A stretch of 64,000 nt of DNA from Candidatus Latescibacterota bacterium (lineage in GTDB: Bacteria > Latescibacterota > UBA2968 > UBA8231): the NCBI GenBank assembly GCA_965208105.1, contig OZ242318.1:2848001-2912000 (forward strand), in the 5' to 3' direction. Positions within the stretch are counted from its first letter, which is position 1; every line of letters starts with the position of its first letter. The notes below the pieces were generated by a model. It was not told where the DNA came from and did not search any database. It worked only from the letters and a program-made list of their open reading frames with translations. The position numbers were made by a program, and so were the translations under genes. This document shows positions 57,288 through 64,000 of this stretch, one piece after another.

Positions 57288-58439
57288 CTAAATTTTCGAG
57301 GGGTTGAAAATCCGCTTCGGATCGAAGGCTTCCTTGAGGATTCGATTCATTCGCGCTTCCCCGGCCGACAAAGGCGTAAATGCGGCATCGTTGCAATCTT
57401 GTTCGTCGCTGGCAAAGCGCCAGGCGACGCCGCCGTGGCGGATAGCGTTCTGGTGCAGGAGGGACGCTTCTACGTCTTGTGGCATGAGGACGAAGAGCAA
57501 CCCACCTCCCCAGTCGAATCCAAATCGCCGGGCACCGTGGAGCCGAAGGATATCAAGGAGCCCTGCCGCCTTGGAAGGCGGCAGGGAGAATCGCCACAGC
57601 TGCTCGTTCCCGGTCGGCCGAAAGAACTCCAGCTCCCTCAGTTTCTTCCAGTATTCCATGGATTCACCTTCCTCGAGGATCAGCATTTCCCTTTCGATGC
57701 TCCCGCCTAGCTTTTTCAATTGGAGGACAAGGGATGGGGCCGATCCTTCGAGGCGGGCAAAAGTCTGCGCTGGTTGTCCATCGCATTTGGGTAGATAGGA
57801 CAAGCCTGTTATTTCACATGGGCTTGCGGCAAATTCTAGCATCGACTCAAGTGCTGCAGCCGGATCTTGATCGTAGACGACAAGGGTCTTCTGAGTTTCG
57901 GACCGGGGCCAGACTCTGAGGCAAATTTCGGTCATGATCCCCAGGGTTCCAAAAGACCCGCTGATGATCTTGGAAAGATCGTATCCGGTAACATTCTTTA
58001 CCACCTTGCCCCCGGACCGCACGCGCTCTCCGTGCCCATTGACCAATTCTACTCCCAGGAGATGATCGCGAAGAGCTCCTGCCTTGAATCGACGCGGCCC
58101 GGAGAGGTTGCATGCCACCGTTCCACCCACGGTCGCGTCCGGACCCCAGTGCGGAGGCTCGAAAGCCAATTGTTGGTTCTCATGGTCGAGAAGTTGCTCA
58201 ACGGCACTCAAACGCATACCCGGCTGCACTACCATGACCAATTCGCCAGGCTCGTAGCTGACGAGTTCGTTCAGTCCGGACATATCCACCTTGGATGGCC
58301 CGTCTATTCGCCGCCCAAGCCGGGATTTGGAGTTTCCGCCAAAAATGTGCAGGAATGAATTGTTTGAAAGGGATTGCCGGACCAGATCCTGAACAGCATC
58401 TGCACTACTAGGGCGCTGGAAATGAATTGGAGACTTCAT
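57288..58439 (-). CDS. glcE: Glycolate oxidase FAD-binding subunit
   Basis: LAFEPP, SGPRR, GGKVVKNVTGYDL, DWGGGL, FDP..IFNP. Confidence 0.88.
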   Translation of the reverse strand: MKSPIHFQRPSSADAVQDLVRQSLSNNSFLHIFGGNSKSRLGRRIDGPSKVDMSGLNELVSYEPGELVMVVQPGMRLSAVEQLLDHENQQLAFEPPHWGPDATVGGTVACNLSGPRRFKAGALRDHLLGVELVNGHGERVRSGGKVVKNVTGYDLSKIISGSFGTLGIMTEICLRVWPRSETQKTLVVYDQDPAAALESMLEFAASPCEITGLSYLPKCDGQPAQTFARLEGSAPSLVLQLKKLGGSIEREMLILEEGESMEYWKKLRELEFFRPTGNEQLWRFSLPPSKAAGLLDILRLHGARRFGFDWGGGLLFVLMPQDVEASLLHQNAIRHGGVAWRFASDEQDCNDAAFTPLSAGEARMNRILKEAFDPKRIFNPSKI

Positions 58440-58453
58440 GGGAGTGACTGCTG

Positions 58454-58615
58454 GTGTCCCGTCGCAGAAATAGGTTGACGCAATTGGGCCGCCGAGGCGC
58501 CAGGCTCACAAGGCGCCTGAGCGAGTCGTACCAGTGGTGTACGGCGAGTGAAGGCAACGCCGTGAGCCGGGATGGATCGGCGGAATAATGGCAACATATT
58601 TCTGCGACGGGACAC
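58454..58615. mobile_element. 162-bp MITE, copy 2
   Basis: Perfect 19-bp TIRs; differs from copy 1 at about 4 positions; between glcD and glcE. Confidence 0.85.
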
Positions 58616-60102
58616 TAAAACCGTTCTAATTCGGCAAAGCGCAACTCCCCCTTGTGAACGTGCATGCGTCCACCTTCGGCACATCGGCGCAGAACGGGAA
58701 ATACCTTCCCTGGATTGAGCAGATGGTGAGAGTCGAATCCCGACTTTATGCGCTCCTGAGTGTCCAGGTCGGCGTCGGTGAACATGCAGGGCATGAGGTC
58801 CCGTTTCTCTATGCCAATGCCGTGTTCTCCGCTCAGGACTCCACCTACCCGAACGCAGAGCCTGAGGATTTCGGCGCCCAATTCCTCGGCTCTTTCCAGT
58901 TCTCCGGAGGCACCGCTGTCATAGAGCACCAGGGGATGCAGATTTCCATCGCCAGCGTGGAAAACATTGGCCACTCGCAGTCCGTACTCTTCGGAGAGTT
59001 CCTGGATGCGGCGCAGTACTTCCGGCAACCTGCCGCGGGGAATGGTGCCGTCCATGCAGTAGTAGTCCGGACTGACCCTGCCCATGGCCGGGAATGCTGC
59101 CTTGCGTCCTGCCCACAGCTTCAGCCGCTCTGCCTCGTTCCGCGCTTTGCGCAGTTCCGTGGCGCCATTTTGCTGCAGCAAATCTTCCAGGAGACCGACC
59201 TGGTGTTCTACCTCACTGGCCGGTCCGTCCAACTCGACCAGAAGCAGAGCCTCTGCTCCACGCGGATAGCCCGCTCCCACAAAATCCTCCACCGCTTCGA
59301 TTGACAGGCGGTCCATGATCTCCATTCCCGCCGGGACCATTCCCGCGGCGATAATTTCCGCTACCGCCTGGCCGGCTGTTTCCACGCGGTCGAAGACAGC
59401 CATTATCGCACGTGCCAGTTCGGGCTTTGGCAAAATTCGCAGGGTGGCCTCTGTAATTATTCCCAAGAGGCCCTCCGAACCCGTCAACAGGCCCAGCAGA
59501 TCGTACCCGGCGCAGTCCATGCCCTGGCCGCCTATGCGAACTGCTTCGCCGTCGGCGACCACGACCTCCAATCCCAGGACATTATTGGTGGTAGTCCCGT
59601 ACTTCAGGCAGTGTACTCCACCAGAATTTTCGGCGATATTTCCGCCTATGGTACAAGCCAGTTGACTCGAGGGATCGGGCGCATAGTAGAAACCGAAATC
59701 GGCCACGGCATGAGTGACGCCCAAATTGGTGACACCTGGCTGAACCGTTGCGGTACGGTTCCTGCGATCGATGTCGAGGATTCGGTTCATCCTCGCCAGG
59801 CTGATGACTATCCCGTCCTCAAGCGGCAGCGCACCTCCCGACAGCCCCGTCCCCGCACCCCATGGAACGATCGGTATGCCCGTATCGCTGCAAGTACGCA
59901 GGACAGCGGAGACATCCTCGGTACAAGCAGGCAGGACCACTGCCATGGGGCACTGTCGATATACCGAAAGAGCATCGCACTCATACACCACCAGGTCCTC
60001 CGGGCGATGGATTACCTGATCCGGAGGCAGGACCTCTTGCAGGCGATTGATAACTTCCCCACGCCGTTGCAGGCGCTCGATCCTGGGCTGGGGCAGCTGC
60101 AT
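58615..60102 (-). CDS. glcD: Glycolate oxidase subunit
   Basis: GAGTGLSGG, APDPSSQ, GGVHCLKYG, HAGDGNLHP, GEHG.G.EKR. Confidence 0.92.
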   Translation of the reverse strand: MQLPQPRIERLQRRGEVINRLQEVLPPDQVIHRPEDLVVYECDALSVYRQCPMAVVLPACTEDVSAVLRTCSDTGIPIVPWGAGTGLSGGALPLEDGIVISLARMNRILDIDRRNRTATVQPGVTNLGVTHAVADFGFYYAPDPSSQLACTIGGNIAENSGGVHCLKYGTTTNNVLGLEVVVADGEAVRIGGQGMDCAGYDLLGLLTGSEGLLGIITEATLRILPKPELARAIMAVFDRVETAGQAVAEIIAAGMVPAGMEIMDRLSIEAVEDFVGAGYPRGAEALLLVELDGPASEVEHQVGLLEDLLQQNGATELRKARNEAERLKLWAGRKAAFPAMGRVSPDYYCMDGTIPRGRLPEVLRRIQELSEEYGLRVANVFHAGDGNLHPLVLYDSGASGELERAEELGAEILRLCVRVGGVLSGEHGIGIEKRDLMPCMFTDADLDTQERIKSGFDSHHLLNPGKVFPVLRRCAEGGRMHVHKGELRFAELERF

Positions 60103-60316
60103 GAAGCAATTTCCTCAAAGATTACGGCCAAATGAGGCGCGGGAAATCAGGCTCGTAAAGCCAAATTACCGAACGGGACAAATCGTGCAAAATTTGCAAC
60201 TCCATTTGCCCTTGAAATTGCAGGGGCTTAGATTAAAAATGAGATCTCCAATATAATGAATTTCTGCTAGGACGCGCTCCGAAAATGTTGAGGAGCCAAC
60301 CACGAGGAGGTAGTGG

Positions 60317-62611
60317 GTGGATTTGGTAGAGCCCATTCCAGAAGAATTGGTGCCTTATCTTCGCGAGGTTCTCCACGACGAACTCCTGCTCGTTCTCCTA
60401 GCCACGGACCTGTGCCCCGACGGCACTTATGGGAATTCCTGGTTTGCCCTTACGGATGAACGCCTCATAGTCATTCAACCGGACGGAACGGATAAGCCGA
60501 ACACTGATGTAGTCCTCTTGCGCGACATCCAGCGGATCCAGACAAAGAACTACGTGGGCAGCGGCGCCCTGGTCATCGATCTGGCGGACGAGACCGTCGA
60601 GCTGCTGCGCTTCTCTCAAAGTGCATTCTACAAATTTTCTGCCGTACCCCACATCGTCGAGGCCGCCTCGCTAGGTCTGGTGCCCGAGGTAGAGAAAGAT
60701 GAAGAAGACTTTGTGGCGACCCCCTCCGTCCAGCCGGTCGAGACATGCCCCAGTTGCGGGCGCGCCTTCAAACCCGGCACCAGGGTCTGCGCCCACTGCA
60801 TCCGCAAGACAGAAACCTTCTGGCGTCTCTTCTCATATGTCAAACCCTACAAGTGGATCGCCTTGTCCGGGTTGCTGCTGACCCTGGGATTCACCGCGAT
60901 CAACCTCCTTCCACCCTTGCTGAACAAGATCCTCATCGACGATGTGATCACGCCAGTGATCGCCGGATATGGCGAGATGGGGGAGAATGAACTGGATGCA
61001 GCTGCTCCACAACAGGATGTCGTGAACCTGCTGTTCTGGGTTGTCCTGGGTCTTATCGGCGTGTACGTAGGGCGGGCACTCATCAATGGAGTGAGGACAT
61101 ACTGCCTGGGCTGGCTGGGGCAGCACGTGGTCTACGATCTGCAGACCGAAATCTTCAGCCACCTGCAATTCCTGTCTCTGAGCTTTTACAACCAGTACAG
61201 CACGGGCCGTATCATGACCAGGGTAACCAGTGATACCGAGCGCATGCGGGGATTCATTACCACCGGGTTTCAGGATATGGTCGTGGCGATATTGACCCTG
61301 GTCGGGATCGGAGTAGCGCTCTTCGCGATGAACTGGTACCTGGCCATCCTGGCCTTGATTCCCATGCCGCTCATGGTTATCGGAACCCTTGTCTACACCC
61401 GGCGTATTCACTGGGTCTTCCATGGCATCTGGCGGCGCATCTCCGTTCTCAATGCCATGCTGGCCGATACCATTCCCGGCGTCAAGGTGGTCAAGGCCTT
61501 TGCTCAAGAGGGCAGAGAAAATCGCCGGTTCGACACCCGCAATTCCGACCTGCGCAGGAGCCAGATGCAAGCGATCAAAATGCGCGCCTATTTTTTGCCG
61601 AGCATCGCCTTCACTACCTCCGTCGGCTCCATCATCATCTGGTGGTTCGGCGGCAACCGGGTGCTCGGAGGGACCTTGTCGCTGGGGCAGCTGCAGGCCT
61701 TCATCAGCTACATGATGATGTTCTACCAGCCTGTACGCGAGCTGTGCATGCTGTCGGAACAGCTGGAGAGCGCCGCCACCACCGCAGAGAGGGTTTTCGA
61801 GATTCTGGACACGGAACCCGAAGTTGCCGATGCAGAGGACGCCGTCGACCCGGGCACGTTGATGGGAGCAGTGGAGTTTCAAGACGTCAGCTTCACCTAC
61901 GATGGTTTTACACGCATCCTCGACCGCATCAACTTTTCAGTGGAACCGGGAGAAATGGTCGGAATCGTCGGCCCAAGTGGATCCGGAAAGTCCACCTTGG
62001 TCAATCTGATATCGCGGTTTTACGACGCCACGGACGGAGAAATTCGGATCGATGGCAAGCCCATCCGAAGTATGCAGCAAAAGAAGCTGCGTGCGCAGAT
62101 GGGCGTGGTACTGCAAGAACCTCTTCTGTTCCAGGGCAGCATTGCCGAAAACATCGCATACGGTTCCCCTGACGCGACCCGGGAGGAAACCATCGATGCC
62201 GCCCGGGCAGCGAATGCCCACAAATTCATCATGAACTTCCCTGACGGATACGACACCGAAGTCGGGGAGCGCGGTGCCCGCCTCTCCGGCGGCGAACGGC
62301 AGCGCATCTCCATAGCCCGCGCCTTGATCGGCGACCCGCGAGTCCTCATCCTCGACGAAGCCACCAGCGCCGTGGACACTCAGACCGAATTCGAGATCCA
62401 GGAAGCACTTGACCGTCTCACCGCCGGCCGTACCACATTCGCCATTGCCCACCGCCTTTCTACCTTGAAAAACGCCGATCGTCTCCTGGTCCTCGAGAGA
62501 GGCCAGATCGCAGAAGTGGGCACCCATGAAGACCTCCTTGCCAGGGAGGATGGAGTATACCGCCGCCTGGTGGACATGCAGACCGAATTGGCAAAGGTGA
62601 AGGCTCTTTAG
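60317..62611 (+). CDS. ABC transporter (TMD+NBD) with N-terminal soluble domain and zinc ribbon
   Basis: CPSC-x10-CAHC; GPSGSGKST, LSGGERQR, LDEATS. Confidence 0.9.
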   Translation: MDLVEPIPEELVPYLREVLHDELLLVLLATDLCPDGTYGNSWFALTDERLIVIQPDGTDKPNTDVVLLRDIQRIQTKNYVGSGALVIDLADETVELLRFSQSAFYKFSAVPHIVEAASLGLVPEVEKDEEDFVATPSVQPVETCPSCGRAFKPGTRVCAHCIRKTETFWRLFSYVKPYKWIALSGLLLTLGFTAINLLPPLLNKILIDDVITPVIAGYGEMGENELDAAAPQQDVVNLLFWVVLGLIGVYVGRALINGVRTYCLGWLGQHVVYDLQTEIFSHLQFLSLSFYNQYSTGRIMTRVTSDTERMRGFITTGFQDMVVAILTLVGIGVALFAMNWYLAILALIPMPLMVIGTLVYTRRIHWVFHGIWRRISVLNAMLADTIPGVKVVKAFAQEGRENRRFDTRNSDLRRSQMQAIKMRAYFLPSIAFTTSVGSIIIWWFGGNRVLGGTLSLGQLQAFISYMMMFYQPVRELCMLSEQLESAATTAERVFEILDTEPEVADAEDAVDPGTLMGAVEFQDVSFTYDGFTRILDRINFSVEPGEMVGIVGPSGSGKSTLVNLISRFYDATDGEIRIDGKPIRSMQQKKLRAQMGVVLQEPLLFQGSIAENIAYGSPDATREETIDAARAANAHKFIMNFPDGYDTEVGERGARLSGGERQRISIARALIGDPRVLILDEATSAVDTQTEFEIQEALDRLTAGRTTFAIAHRLSTLKNADRLLVLERGQIAEVGTHEDLLAREDGVYRRLVDMQTELAKVKAL

Positions 62612-62616
62612 GACTT

Positions 62617-63114
62617 ATGGTCCAGGGACTCGACTACGAAAACGCCTTGCTGGACCCGGGCGAACTTCGATTCTATCGATCGGATAGAGGAAGTCTGGTG
62701 ATGTGCGTGGGGGAAGAGAAATACAGGGATCTCAACATTCGCCGCGCCTTTCCGTTAGAAGAAACCAACCGGTTCATCGGCTTTTTCCTGGCGGACGGCA
62801 CTGAACTGGGCCTGCTCGAAGACATCGAGTCGCTCGATGCCGGCAGCCGCATTATCCTGGAAAATGAATTGGAAAAGATTTACTTCCGCCCGGTCATCCT
62901 CCGCATTCACAGCATCGGCGAAGAATTCGGCGTGGTTTACATGGACACCGAAACCAGCAGTGGACCACGCCACATAGAAATTCGCCAGATTCGCAACAAG
63001 ATTCGCCTCCTCTCCAGCTACCGAGCCCTCATCGAGGATGTGGATGGGAACCGCTACGAACTCAGGGACTGGAATAGGCTGCCGAGAATGACTCGAGCGA
63101 TCTTGAGCTTGTGA
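62617..63114 (+). CDS. DUF1854 family protein
   Basis: RRAFPL, ELG, EL...YF.P.I..I, T..G, DVDGNRY; typical partner of this ABC type. Confidence 0.85.
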   Translation: MVQGLDYENALLDPGELRFYRSDRGSLVMCVGEEKYRDLNIRRAFPLEETNRFIGFFLADGTELGLLEDIESLDAGSRIILENELEKIYFRPVILRIHSIGEEFGVVYMDTETSSGPRHIEIRQIRNKIRLLSSYRALIEDVDGNRYELRDWNRLPRMTRAILSL

Positions 63115-63221
63115 ATCGCTGCCTGCTCCGGAAGCTATTCAGCAGCCGGCAATCTGTGCATGGCCATTGCCCGGTTCCAGGTCCGACCTCCTGATGACAT
63201 GGCCCCTCGAGCTTGCCGATC

Positions 63222-64000
63222 TCAACCGCTCAGCACTTCAGTTTCCCGGTCGGCGCCTTCTTGCAGGGGCAGCTCGACCCATGCTGCCTGGCGGGCATGT
63301 GATGCGTGGAAGGCTACAATGGCTTCCAGTGTACGGACCGCGTTCTCCGCCGGGTAAGGAAATGGACTGCCGCCGTCAAGGGAGGCGGCAATCTCAGCTA
63401 CAGCCAGATCCATTGAACCAATCTCGCCGCGCTCTAAATCCTCCTGCCGGCCGTCGCTGTACTCGATTGCTATTTCGGCACCCACCTCCGCCCTGCCTTC
63501 AGTGCCGAAGATGCTGATTCCCGGCGACACCATTCCGTAGTCAGGCGCATGCACCGTCGTCATCAATCCTCCTTCCATGCGCATGACCCCCCAACCGCCC
63601 GGGTCGCGGAATTGATCGCCGCGACAGTCGGGTCTTCCAGCGGGGTCCAGAGTCCCGGAAACGGCCTCGACCTCGAGTCCGGTCAACATGCGGATCGCAT
63701 CGAACGTGTGAGTACCCACGTTGCCCAGGCGCCCGCTGGTCCACTGCGCCGACACCGAGGTCAGCTTGCCAAGCCCGCCTGCGCCTATCAGGCCGCGCAG
63801 GCGGCGGTAGTTTTCCTCGTAGCGCCTGTTGTGGTTAATGGCCAACAGCGTTCCCGCTTTTTCACAGACCTCGACCATGCGCTCTCCGTCCTCGATCCGG
63901 GTTGCGATCGGCTTCTCACAGTAGATTGCGCGAACCCCCCTTTCGGCACATCCAATCGAAATTTCAGCATGCACCGGAGCGTATGTTGCCACGCTGACGA
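63222..64000 (-). CDS. Gfo/Idh/MocA oxidoreductase, N-terminus outside the window
   Basis: CEKPIA, NHNRR, G.LG, GTH.FD. Confidence 0.9.
   Translation of the reverse strand, partial: VSVATYAPVHAEISIGCAERGVRAIYCEKPIATRIEDGERMVEVCEKAGTLLAINHNRRYEENYRRLRGLIGAGGLGKLTSVSAQWTSGRLGNVGTHTFDAIRMLTGLEVEAVSGTLDPAGRPDCRGDQFRDPGGWGVMRMEGGLMTTVHAPDYGMVSPGISIFGTEGRAEVGAEIAIEYSDGRQEDLERGEIGSMDLAVAEIAASLDGGSPFPYPAENAVRTLEAIVAFHASHARQAAWVELPLQEGADRETEVLSG

Noticed and set aside
1-64000. CRISPR array, tRNA, rRNA, prophage or defence system
   Set aside because: No spaced repeats, cloverleaf or recognisable marker genes seen by eye

Overview
Bacterial chromosomal window in two parts. About 1-24.7 kb is a mosaic, partly decayed metal-starvation island, almost all on the minus strand. 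It holds aztABC-like and zrgABCD-like zinc modules, a COG0523 GTPase, a HisI paralog, a DsrE/SaoD-like protein, an FAD oxidoreductase, lgt and several gene remnants. It also holds a 13-kb uptake locus: TonB receptor, ABC transporter, ExbB, DUF2149, CobN-like protein and FhuF. A shared TAATGATAA-N4-TTATCATTA palindrome precedes three minus-strand operons, and a half-site precedes a fourth. About 24.7-64 kb is core genome: parCE, DEAD helicase, gltX/glnS, dapL, nadA, yejABEF, ileS cluster, secDF, apbE, ispB, glcDE, and an ABC transporter with DUF1854, plus two copies of a 162-bp MITE. Best leads are (i) the uptake operon whose CobN/HmuS-like protein lacks the HxGxHG motif, (ii) a GlnRS with a remodelled amino-acid pocket, (iii) the island-wide operator, and (iv) an RHH gene coupled to nadA. 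All calls are by eye from motifs; no searches were run.
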